Shown here: in pieces, positions 1-8,770 of the stretch
Numbering within the stretch: the first letter of the stretch is position 1
How the letters are laid out: each line of letters opens with the position of its first letter
From: Escherichia coli
GTDB taxonomy: Bacteria > Pseudomonadota > Gammaproteobacteria > Enterobacterales > Enterobacteriaceae
Assembly: GCF_001677475.2 (NCBI RefSeq)
Contig: NZ_CP015229.1
Reading direction: 5' to 3' (one strand)
Length of the DNA stretch: 64,000 bases
Translations under genes and position numbers: made by a program
The notes under the pieces: generated by a model
Databases searched by the model: none
Seen by the model: the letters and a program-made list of their open reading frames with translations, nothing else
What the model was told of the DNA's origin: nothing

Positions 1-152
1 ATATACGGGTCTAATACATTGAAGTTGAAGTTGTACATGGTGCGGTTGAACCCTTCTAACGGGTCAGAACGCCCTTGCTGATCTGTACCGGAACTCGCAC
101 ACCCCACCAGAAGCGTAGTTCCCAGAGCAAGCGCCGACAGGCGAAGCTTCAT
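1..152 (-). CDS. mlaA: MlaA (VacJ) outer-membrane lipoprotein, N-terminal part only (gene continues beyond window start)
   Basis: Reverse-strand translation from ATG at 152 gives MKLRLSALALGTTLLVGCASSGTDQQ..., a lipoprotein signal with lipobox LVGC matching MlaA/VacJ; runs off the window edge. Confidence 0.8.
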   Translation of the reverse strand, partial: MKLRLSALALGTTLLVGCASSGTDQQGRSDPLEGFNRTMYNFNFNVLDPY

Positions 153-445
153 AAATGTCTCCCTGTTTTTTTATGGCTTATGCAGTTTGCCATCCATGAC
201 GGAACGATACCGTATCCGCCTGTTTAGGTGTGGGCGATTGTAACAGCACGTCAACTGATGTCCAGACGCCCTGATTTGCTGATTTGATCATAGCCTGGTA
301 ATCGCCGCCCTGTAGGCTACTTGATTCTATAGAAACAGAAAAAGGCAAACGCGGCCTTTTCTACATTTTCAGAGTAACTCCCGCCAGTTGCGAGCAAAAA
401 AGCCGCTACGCTTTAGCTATACGTGCTAATTCAAGAGAAGAGACC

Positions 446-1378
446 ATGGACAACGACAAAATTGATCAACACAGCGACGAAATTGAAGTTGAGAGCGAAG
501 AAAAAGAGCGTGGCAAAAAAATAGAAATAGATGAAGATCGACTCCCCTCCCGGGCGATGGCAATTCATGAGCATATCCGCCAGGATGGTGAAAAAGAGCT
601 GGAACGCGACGCAATGGCACTACTGTGGTCAGCCATTGCGGCGGGTCTGTCGATGGGCGCTTCGTTACTGGCAAAAGGGATATTTCATGTCGAACTGAAA
701 GGTGTGCCGGGTAGCTTCTTGCTGGAGAATCTCGGTTATACCTTTGGTTTTATTATCGTCATTATGGCCCGCCAGCAATTATTTACCGAAAACACCGTGA
801 CAGCGGTACTACCCGTCATGCAAAAACCGACAATGAGCAACGTTGGCTTACTTATGCGGTTATGGGGCGTCGTGCTGCTGGGTAATATTCTCGGGACAGG
901 TATTGCGGCGTGGGCATTTGAATATATGCCTATCTTCAATGAAGAAACTCGCGATGCATTTGTCAAAATCGGTATGGATGTGATGAAGAACACCCCCAAC
1001 GAGATGTTTGCCAACGCGATCATTTCCGGCTGGCTGATCGCCACTATGGTATGGATGTTTCCTGCAGCGGGTGCGGCAAAGATTGTGGTGATTATATTGA
1101 TGACCTGGCTTATTGCCCTGGGTGACACCACTCACATCGTTGTCGGTTCTGTTGAAATACTCTATCTGGTGTTTAACGGTACGCTGCACTGGAGCGATTT
1201 CATCTGGCCCTTCGCACTACCTACTTTAGCGGGGAACATCTGCGGCGGCACCTTTATCTTCGCGTTAATGAGTCATGCACAGATCCGTAACGACATGAGC
1301 AACAAGCGCAAAGCAGAAGCACGCCAAAAAGCAGAACGTGCGGAAAACATTAAGAAAAATGATAAAAACCCAGCATAA
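446..1378 (+). CDS. yfdC: Formate/nitrite transporter (FNT) family inner-membrane protein
   Basis: 310-aa ORF with multi-pass hydrophobic core; length and position immediately upstream of argW match YfdC. Confidence 0.85.
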   Translation: MDNDKIDQHSDEIEVESEEKERGKKIEIDEDRLPSRAMAIHEHIRQDGEKELERDAMALLWSAIAAGLSMGASLLAKGIFHVELKGVPGSFLLENLGYTFGFIIVIMARQQLFTENTVTAVLPVMQKPTMSNVGLLMRLWGVVLLGNILGTGIAAWAFEYMPIFNEETRDAFVKIGMDVMKNTPNEMFANAIISGWLIATMVWMFPAAGAAKIVVIILMTWLIALGDTTHIVVGSVEILYLVFNGTLHWSDFIWPFALPTLAGNICGGTFIFALMSHAQIRNDMSNKRKAEARQKAERAENIKKNDKNPA

Positions 1379-1453
1379 ATGGCGAGGGTTTAAGCAATCG
1401 AGCGGCAGCGTACTTACCCCGCAGTCCATTAGCGGGTATACTCATGCCGCATT

Positions 1454-1528
1454 GTCCTCTTAGTTAAATGGATATAACGAGCCCCTCCTAAGGGCTAATT
1501 GCAGGTTCGATTCCTGCAGGGGACACCA
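1454..1528 (+). tRNA. argW: tRNA-Arg (anticodon CCU)
   Basis: 75-nt sequence GTCCTCTTAGTTAAATGGATATAACGAGCCCCTCCTAAGGGCTAATTGCAGGTTCGATTCCTGCAGGGGACACCA with cloverleaf potential, CCT in anticodon loop and encoded CCA end. Confidence 0.9.
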
Positions 1529-1653
1529 GATACCCTTCTAACGATATCTACCTTCACCCCGTAAAAGATGGGTTTGGCAGCACACTTACCCTATATCTAC
1601 TCATTTTTACTGCAACAGGTTGAAATCTTAGCACTGTCAGAAAGCGCTGATGA

Positions 1654-1890
1654 CTAAACAACCCTGGGCCGGGCGATGTAACCATCACACAGAATCCTGA
1701 TAGCGAAATATGGCGTGACTCGATACTTCACTCCGCAATGTATTCCTTGATGAATTCGCAGGCCCGTGATACACGGGACAGGTCGCTGAATGACGACAAT
1801 GTCCTGGAAATCAGCGAACCGCGTATCCGAAGTACATTTGAGCGACTGTACCAGAACATGAATGAGGCGTTTGGATTAGGTGATTATTAG
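1654..1890 (+). other. Unassigned open frame (stop-to-stop about 78 codons, internal Met at 1738) in the segment between argW and cscB; possible gene remnant
   Basis: Frame open from TGA at 1651-1653 to TAG at 1888-1890; translation ...MYSLMNSQARDTRDRSLNDDNVLEISEPRIRSTFERLYQNMNEAFGLGDY; no family recognised. Confidence 0.2.
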
Positions 1891-1969
1891 CAGGGCTAAG
1901 CATTTTAGTATTATTATTTTCCGGTTGAGGGATATGGAGATATCGACAACAACCGGAAAAAGTTTACGT

Positions 1970-3217
1970 CTATATTGCTGAAGGAACAGGCGTTTCCATA
2001 ACTATTTGCTCGCGTTTTTTACTCAGGAAGAAAATGCCAAATAGCAACATCAGGCAGACAATACCCGAAATTGCGAAGAAAACTGTCTGGTAGCCTGCGT
2101 GGTCAAAGAGTATCCCAGTCGGCGTTGAAAGCAGCACAATCCCAAGCGAACTGGCAATTTGAAAACCAATCAGAAAGATCGTCGACGACAGGCGCCTATC
2201 AAAGTTTGCCACGCTGTATTTGAAGACGGATATGACACAAAGTGGAACCTCAATGGCATGTAACAGCTTCACTAATGAAATAATCCAGGGGTTAACGAAC
2301 AGCGCGCAGGAAAGGATACGCAACGCCATAATCACAACACCGATAAGTAATGCATTTTTTGGCCCTACCCGATTCACAAAGAAAGGAATAATCGCCATGC
2401 ACAGCGCTTCGAGTACCACCTGGAATGAGTTGAGATAACCATACAGGCGCGTTCCTACATCGTGTGATTCGAATAAACCTGCATAAAAGACAGGAAAAAG
2501 TTGTTGATCAAAAATGTTATAGAAAGACCACGTCCCCACAATAAATATGACGAAAACCCAGAAGTTTCGATCCTTGAAAACTGCGATAAAATCCTCTTTT
2601 TTTACCCCTCCCGCATCCGCCGCTACGCACTGGTGATCCTTATCTTTAAAACACATGTTGATCATCATAAATACAGCGCCAAATAGCGAGACCAACCAGA
2701 AGTTGATATGGGGACTGATACTAAAAAATATGCCGGCAAAGAACGCGCCAATAGCATAGCCAAAAGATCCCCAGGCGCGCGCTGTTCCATATTCGAAATG
2801 AAAATTTCGCGCCATTTTTTCGGTGAAGCTGTCAAGCAAACCGCATCCCGCCAGATACCCCAGGCCAAAAAAGAGCGCCCCCAGAATTAGACCTACAGAA
2901 AAATTGCTTTGCAGTAACGGTTCATAAACGTAAATCATAAACGGTCCGGTCAAGACCAGGATGAAACTCATACACCAGATGAGCGGTTTCTTCAGACCGA
3001 GTTTATCCTGAACGATGCCGTAGAACATCATAAATAGAATGCTGGTAAACTGGTTGACCGAATAAAGTGTACCTAATTCCGTCCCTGTCAACCCTAGATG
3101 TCCTTTCAGCCAAATAGCGTATAACGACCACCACAGCGACCAGGAAATAAAAAAGAGAAATGAGTAACTGGATGCAAAACGATAGTACGCATTTCTGAAT
3201 GGAATATTCAGTGCCAT
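1970..3217 (-). CDS. cscB: Sucrose:H+ symporter (MFS, LacY-like oligosaccharide:H+ symporter family)
   Basis: 415-aa 12-TM-type ORF recognised as CscB; adjacent to cscK/cscA/cscR. Confidence 0.9.
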   Translation of the reverse strand: MALNIPFRNAYYRFASSYSFLFFISWSLWWSLYAIWLKGHLGLTGTELGTLYSVNQFTSILFMMFYGIVQDKLGLKKPLIWCMSFILVLTGPFMIYVYEPLLQSNFSVGLILGALFFGLGYLAGCGLLDSFTEKMARNFHFEYGTARAWGSFGYAIGAFFAGIFFSISPHINFWLVSLFGAVFMMINMCFKDKDHQCVAADAGGVKKEDFIAVFKDRNFWVFVIFIVGTWSFYNIFDQQLFPVFYAGLFESHDVGTRLYGYLNSFQVVLEALCMAIIPFFVNRVGPKNALLIGVVIMALRILSCALFVNPWIISLVKLLHAIEVPLCVISVFKYSVANFDRRLSSTIFLIGFQIASSLGIVLLSTPTGILFDHAGYQTVFFAISGIVCLMLLFGIFFLSKKREQIVMETPVPSAI

Positions 3218-3288
3218 AATTACCTGCCTGTCGTTAAAAAATTCACGTCCTATTTAGAGATAAGAGCGACTTCGCTGTTTACTTCTCA

Positions 3289-4203
3289 CTATTCCAGTTC
3301 TTGTCGACATGGCAGCGCTGTCATTGCCCCTTTCGCCGTTACTGCAAGCGCTCCGCAACGTTGAGCGAGATCGATAATTCGTCGCATTTCTCTCTCATCT
3401 GTAGATAATCCCGTAGAGGACAGACCTGTGAGTAACCCGGCAACGAACGCATCTCCCGCCCCCGTGCTATCGACACAATTCACAGACATTCCAGCAAAAT
3501 GGTGAACTTGTCCTCGATAACAGACCACCACCCCTTCTGCACCTTTAGTCACCAACAGCATGGCGATCTCATACTCTTTTGCCAGGGCGCATATATCCCG
3601 ATCGTTCTGTGTTTTTCCACTGATAAGTCGCCATTCTTCTTCCGAGAGCTTGACGACATCCGCCAGTTGCAGCGCCTGCCGCAAACACAAGCGGAGCAAA
3701 TGCTCGTCTTGCCATAGATCTTCACGAATATTGGGATCGAAGCTGACAAAACCTCCGGCATGCCGGATCGCCGTCATCGCTGTAAATGCGCTGGTACGCG
3801 AAGGCTCAGCAGACAACGCAATTGAACAGAGATGTAACCATTCGCCATGTCGCCAGCAGGGCAAGTCTGTCGTCTCTAAAAAAAGATCGGCACTGGGGCG
3901 GACCATAAACGTAAATGAACGTTCCCCTTGATCGTTCAGATCGACAAGCACCGTGGATGTCCGGTGCCATTCATCTTGCTTCAGATACGTGATATCGACT
4001 CCCTCAGTTAGCAGCGTTCTTTGCATTAACGCACCAAAAGGATCATCCCCCACCCGACCTATAAACCCACTTATTCCGCCTAATCTGGCGATTCCCACCG
4101 CAACGTTAGCTGGCGCACCGCCAGGACAAGGCAGTAGCCGCCCGTCTGATTCTGGCAAGAGATCTACGACCGCGTCCCCTAAAACCCACACTTTGGCTGA
4201 CAT
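3289..4203 (-). CDS. cscK: Fructokinase (PfkB/ribokinase family)
   Basis: 304-aa ORF with PfkB-type N-terminal GDAVVD and C-terminal GAGDAF motifs; in csc cluster. Confidence 0.85.
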   Translation of the reverse strand: MSAKVWVLGDAVVDLLPESDGRLLPCPGGAPANVAVGIARLGGISGFIGRVGDDPFGALMQRTLLTEGVDITYLKQDEWHRTSTVLVDLNDQGERSFTFMVRPSADLFLETTDLPCWRHGEWLHLCSIALSAEPSRTSAFTAMTAIRHAGGFVSFDPNIREDLWQDEHLLRLCLRQALQLADVVKLSEEEWRLISGKTQNDRDICALAKEYEIAMLLVTKGAEGVVVCYRGQVHHFAGMSVNCVDSTGAGDAFVAGLLTGLSSTGLSTDEREMRRIIDLAQRCGALAVTAKGAMTALPCRQELE

Positions 4204-4308
4204 TTTTTTCCCTTAGATTCATCTGACTTACGCATAGTGATAAACCTCTTTTTCGCAAAATCGTCATGGATTTACTAAAACATGCATATTCGATCACAAA
4301 ACATCATA

Positions 4309-4320
4309 GTTAACGTTAAC
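4309..4320. promoter_or_regulatory. Perfect 12-bp palindrome GTTAACGTTAAC in cscK-cscA divergent promoter region; candidate CscR operator (copy 1)
   Basis: Read directly in sequence; self-complementary; second identical copy 64 bp downstream. Confidence 0.5.
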
Positions 4321-4372
4321 ATTTGTGATATTCATCGCATTTATGAAAGTAAGGGACTTTATTTTTATAAAA

Positions 4373-4384
4373 GTTAACGTTAAC
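4373..4384. promoter_or_regulatory. Perfect 12-bp palindrome GTTAACGTTAAC; candidate CscR operator (copy 2)
   Basis: Identical to 4309-4320; lies about 25 bp upstream of cscA start codon. Confidence 0.5.
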
Positions 4385-4409
4385 AATTCACCAAATTTGC
4401 TTAACCAGG

Positions 4410-5852
4410 ATGATAAAAATGACGCAATCTCGATTACATGCGGCGCAAAACGCACTAGCAAAACTTCACGAGCGCCGAGGTAACACTTTCTATCCCCATT
4501 TTCACCTCGCGCCTCCTGCCGGGTGGATGAACGATCCAAACGGCCTGATCTGGTTTAACGATCGTTATCACGCGTTTTATCAACATCACCCGATGAGCGA
4601 ACACTGGGGGCCAATGCACTGGGGACATGCCACCAGCGACGATATGATCCACTGGCAGCATGAGCCTATTGCGCTAGCGCCAGGAGACGAGAATGACAAA
4701 GACGGGTGTTTTTCAGGTAGTGCTGTCGATGACAATGGTGTCCTCTCACTTATCTACACCGGACACGTCTGGCTCGATGGTGCAGGTAATGACGATGCAA
4801 TTCGCGAAGTACAATGTCTGGCTACCAGTCGGGATGGTATTCATTTCGAGAAACAGGGTGTGATCCTCACTCCACCAGAAGGAATCATGCACTTCCGCGA
4901 TCCTAAAGTGTGGCGTGAAGCCGACACATGGTGGATGGTAGTCGGGGCGAAAGACCCAGGCAACACGGGGCAGATCCTCCTTTATCGCGGCAGTTCATTA
5001 CGTGAATGGACTTTCGATCGCGTACTGGCCCACGCTGATGCGGGTGAAAGCTATATGTGGGAATGTCCGGACTTTTTCAGCCTTGGCGATCAGCATTATC
5101 TGATGTTTTCCCCGCAGGGAATGAATGCCGAGGGATACAGTTATCGAAATCGCTTTCAAAGTGGCGTAATACCCGGAATCTGGTCGCCAGGACGACTTTT
5201 TGCACAATCCGGGCATTTTACTGAACTTGATAACGGGCATGACTTTTATGCACCACAAAGCTTTTTAGCGAAGGATGGTCGGCGTATTGTTATCGGCTGG
5301 ATGGATATGTGGGAATCGCCAATGCCCTCAAAACGTGAAGGCTGGGCAGGCTGCATGACGCTGGCGCGCGAGCTATCAGAGAGCAATGGCAAACTCCTAC
5401 AACGCCCGGTACACGAAGCTGAGTCGTTACGCCAGCAGCATCAATCTATCTCTCCCCGCACAATCAGCAATAAATATGTTTTGCAGGAAAACGCGCAAGC
5501 AGTTGAGATTCAGTTGCAGTGGGCGCTGAAGAACAGTGATGCCGAACATTACGGCTTACAGCTCGGTACTGGAATGCGGCTGTATATTGATAACCAATCT
5601 GAGCGACTTGTTTTGTGGCGGTATTACCCACACGAGAATTTAGACGGCTACCGTAGTATTCCCCTCCCGCAGCGTGACACACTCGCCCTAAGGATATTTA
5701 TCGATACATCATCCGTGGAAGTATTTATTAACGACGGGGAAGCGGTGATGAGTAGTCGAATCTATCCGCAGCCAGAAGAACGGGAACTGTCGCTTTATGC
5801 CTCCCACGGAGTGGCTGTGGTGCAACATGGAGCACTCTGGCTACTGGGTTAA
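4410..5852 (+). CDS. cscA: Sucrose-6-phosphate hydrolase / invertase (glycoside hydrolase family 32)
   Basis: 480-aa ORF with GH32 N-terminal WMNDPNG catalytic motif and RDP motif (FRDPKV). Confidence 0.9.
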   Translation: MIKMTQSRLHAAQNALAKLHERRGNTFYPHFHLAPPAGWMNDPNGLIWFNDRYHAFYQHHPMSEHWGPMHWGHATSDDMIHWQHEPIALAPGDENDKDGCFSGSAVDDNGVLSLIYTGHVWLDGAGNDDAIREVQCLATSRDGIHFEKQGVILTPPEGIMHFRDPKVWREADTWWMVVGAKDPGNTGQILLYRGSSLREWTFDRVLAHADAGESYMWECPDFFSLGDQHYLMFSPQGMNAEGYSYRNRFQSGVIPGIWSPGRLFAQSGHFTELDNGHDFYAPQSFLAKDGRRIVIGWMDMWESPMPSKREGWAGCMTLARELSESNGKLLQRPVHEAESLRQQHQSISPRTISNKYVLQENAQAVEIQLQWALKNSDAEHYGLQLGTGMRLYIDNQSERLVLWRYYPHENLDGYRSIPLPQRDTLALRIFIDTSSVEVFINDGEAVMSSRIYPQPEERELSLYASHGVAVVQHGALWLLG

Positions 5853-5859
5853 CATAATA

Positions 5860-6861
5860 TCAGGTGGAACAACGGATCAACAGCGGGCAAGGGATCCGCG
5901 TCACTCTTCCCCCTTCACGACCTTCAATAATATGCAATGCAGCTTCCCGCCCGATAATGTCATGTGGAAGCTGAATTGTGGTCAGCGGCGGTAAAAACAG
6001 ATGCCCGACGCCAACCAGATTATCAAAGCCCATTACGGCGACATCCTGCGGGATACGTACCCCCTTCGCCAGGAGAACCTGATAAGCGACAAAGGCTGCG
6101 CGATCGTTACCACATATCAGAACATCAAAATCTGGTTTGCCAGATTGGAAGTGGGCATTGAGTAAACTTGCGAGATCGGTGTAGTGATCATCACCTGTTG
6201 CCATGTGAAATTGTTTCACCTCAGCCAGATCTCGTCCAGCATCACGCCAGGCCTGCTCAAATCCCTGCCGACGATACCCTGTTGCCAACGCACTTTCCGG
6301 TAGCCAGAAGCATAACGGTTGACGATAGCCCGCCGCGAGCAAATGCTGTGTTGATTCATATTGTGCAGTGTAATCATCAGGGATATAACTGGGTAACACT
6401 GGGTCATCCGCCACACAGTTCGCCAATACAATATTTTCACCATACAGAGACTCAGGCAGCGTGATATGTCGCAGCCCCATTGTAGTATAGATAATGCCAT
6501 CCGGACGGTGGGCAAGCAGCTGACGTGCCGCGCGGGCAGCGTCATCTTCAGAAAAAATATTGATTAAAAAACTATTCCAGCCGAACTCGCTGGCGGTTTG
6601 CTCAATGGCAAGCAGAATATCAACAGAGAAAGGAGTGGTAGCAGTGTCCTGCGCCAGCACGGCGAGAGTCGACGGCTTACGTCCTTGAGCGCGCATCTTA
6701 CGGGCGGAAAGATCAGGAACATAATTCAGGGTCTGGATTGCCTGCAATACGCGGTCACGCGTTGCAGGACGCACAGATTCTGCATTATGCATCACCCGGG
6801 AGACTGTCATCATCGACACTCCCGCCAGGCGTGCGACATCCTTTAATGAAGCCATACCCAT
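5860..6861 (-). CDS. cscR: LacI-family transcriptional repressor of csc genes
   Basis: HTH (MASLKDVARLAGVSMMTVSRVMHN) then periplasmic-binding-protein-like sugar domain; 397-aa ORF in track is probably 5'-extended, start placed at internal Met (6861 or 6855). Confidence 0.85.
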   Translation of the reverse strand: MGMASLKDVARLAGVSMMTVSRVMHNAESVRPATRDRVLQAIQTLNYVPDLSARKMRAQGRKPSTLAVLAQDTATTPFSVDILLAIEQTASEFGWNSFLINIFSEDDAARAARQLLAHRPDGIIYTTMGLRHITLPESLYGENIVLANCVADDPVLPSYIPDDYTAQYESTQHLLAAGYRQPLCFWLPESALATGYRRQGFEQAWRDAGRDLAEVKQFHMATGDDHYTDLASLLNAHFQSGKPDFDVLICGNDRAAFVAYQVLLAKGVRIPQDVAVMGFDNLVGVGHLFLPPLTTIQLPHDIIGREAALHIIEGREGGRVTRIPCPLLIRCST

Positions 6862-7097
6862 GCCGTTTGCCGTAAAACGGGCACTGTAGCAGAAACAGAC
6901 GTCACTGGCGAGATCCAACGATATTCTTAACGCCCTATCACCCGACACGGCAATACAATAAAAAATAACAATAATTGCCGGATAATTGTACCCAATTCCG
7001 CCCCTGTTCTCGCCAACGAGTAACCATATAGGCAAGTAAGTAAAACATGCCAACTGACATCGCCAACCTGGATAAGAAAATATAAATATGGATCATT

Positions 7098-7316
7098 GTG
7101 CTGCCGCTGTATCCCGACATCAGCCCGGAAATTATTGCGATTGCTATCGGTTCAGGTGCGATTGGCTGCACGATCGTTACGGACTCGCTTTTCTGGCTGG
7201 TGAAGCAATATTGCGGCGCTACGCTTAATGAAACATTTAAACACTATACGACAGCGACATTTATCGCTTCAGTCGTCGCTCTGGCGGGCACATTCCTGCT
7301 GTCATTTATCATCTAA
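7098..7316 (+). pseudogene. dsdX: 3' remnant of D-serine permease gene dsdX (GntP family); 5' portion and dsdC absent
   Basis: 72-aa ORF ...[42 protein letters not shown] resembles a GntP-family C-terminus; sits directly upstream of dsdA where dsdX is expected. Confidence 0.65.
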
Positions 7317-7333
7317 GCGCAAAGAGACGTACT

Positions 7334-8662
7334 ATGGAAAACGCTAAAATGAACTCGCTCATCGCCCAGTATCCGTTGGTAAAGGATCTGGTTGCTCTTA
7401 AAGAAACCACCTGGTTTAATCCTGGCACGACCTCATTGGCTGAAGGTTTACCTTATGTTGGCCTGACCGAACAGGATGTTCAGGACGCCCATGCGCGCTT
7501 ATCCCGTTTTGCACCCTATCTGGCAAAAGCATTTCCTGAAACTGCTGCTACTGGGGGGATTATTGAATCAGAACTGGTTGCCATTCCGGCTATGCAAAAA
7601 CGGCTGGAAAAGGAATATCAACAACCGATCAGCGGGCAACTGTTACTGAAAAAAGATAGCCATTTGCCCATTTCCGGCTCCATAAAAGCACGCGGCGGGA
7701 TTTATGAAGTCCTGGCACACGCAGAAAAACTGGCTCTGGAAGCGGGGTTGCTGACGCTTGAAGATGACTACAGCAAACTGCTTTCTCCGGAGTTTAAACA
7801 GTTCTTTAGCCAATACAGCATTGCTGTGGGCTCAACCGGAAATCTGGGATTGTCAATCGGCATAATGAGCGCCCGCATTGGCTTTAAGGTGACAGTGCAT
7901 ATGTCTGCTGATGCCCGGGCATGGAAAAAAGCGAAACTGCGCAGCCATGGCGTTATGGTCGTGGAATATGAGCAAGATTATGGTGTTGCCGTCGAGGAAG
8001 GACGTAAAGCAGCGCAGTCTGACCCGAACTGTTTCTTTATTGATGACGAGAATTCCCGCAGGTTGTTCCTTGGGTATTCCGTCGCAGGCCAGCGTCTTAA
8101 AGCGCAATTTGCCGAGCAAGGTCGTATTGTCGATGCTGATAACCCTCTGTTTGTCTATCTGCCGTGTGGTGTAGGCGGTGGTCCTGGTGGTGTCGCATTC
8201 GGGCTTAAACTGGCGTTTGGCGATCATGTTCACTGCTTTTTTGCCGAACCAACGCACTCCCCTTGTATGCTGTTAGGCGTCCATACAGGATTACACGATC
8301 AGATTAATGTTCAGGATATTGGTATCGACAACCTTACCGCAGCGGATGGCCTTGCAGTTGGTCGCGCATCAGGCTTTGTCGGGCGGGCAATGGAGCGTCT
8401 GCTGGATGGCTTCTATACCCTTAGCGATCAAACCATGTATGACATGCTTGGCTGGCTGACGCAGGAAGAAGGTATTCGTCTTGAACCTTCGGCACTGGCG
8501 GGTATGGCCGGGCCTCAGCGCGTGTGCGCATCAGTAAGTTACCAACAGATGCACGGTTTCAGCGCAGAACAACTGCGTAATGCCACTCATCTGGTGTGGG
8601 CGACGGGAGGTGGAATGGTGCCGGAAGAAGAGATGGAGCAATATCTGGCAAAAGGCCGCTAA
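7334..8662 (+). CDS. dsdA: D-serine ammonia-lyase (D-serine dehydratase), PLP-dependent
   Basis: 442-aa ORF; PLP-lysine region SGSIKARGG; recognised as DsdA. Confidence 0.9.
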   Translation: MENAKMNSLIAQYPLVKDLVALKETTWFNPGTTSLAEGLPYVGLTEQDVQDAHARLSRFAPYLAKAFPETAATGGIIESELVAIPAMQKRLEKEYQQPISGQLLLKKDSHLPISGSIKARGGIYEVLAHAEKLALEAGLLTLEDDYSKLLSPEFKQFFSQYSIAVGSTGNLGLSIGIMSARIGFKVTVHMSADARAWKKAKLRSHGVMVVEYEQDYGVAVEEGRKAAQSDPNCFFIDDENSRRLFLGYSVAGQRLKAQFAEQGRIVDADNPLFVYLPCGVGGGPGGVAFGLKLAFGDHVHCFFAEPTHSPCMLLGVHTGLHDQINVQDIGIDNLTAADGLAVGRASGFVGRAMERLLDGFYTLSDQTMYDMLGWLTQEEGIRLEPSALAGMAGPQRVCASVSYQQMHGFSAEQLRNATHLVWATGGGMVPEEEMEQYLAKGR

Positions 8663-8770
8663 TTAATTTTCAATGCAGCATCGCCATCCTTTCCCTAGGT
8701 GAGCGATGCTGCCGATGGCGCAGGCTTAAGATTCTACCGTCTTACCTGCTATAGCTCTCTCTTTTTACCA

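Noticed and set aside
426-1189. Minus-strand ORFs (82, 131, 109 aa) overlapping yfdC
   Set aside because: Antisense to the well-supported yfdC frame; no independent evidence.
8680-8760. Possible REP element or terminator between dsdA and emrY
   Set aside because: Contains an inverted repeat (GCAGCATCGC...GCGATGCTGC) with a long loop, but lacks the canonical REP consensus and a clean T-tract; left uncalled.
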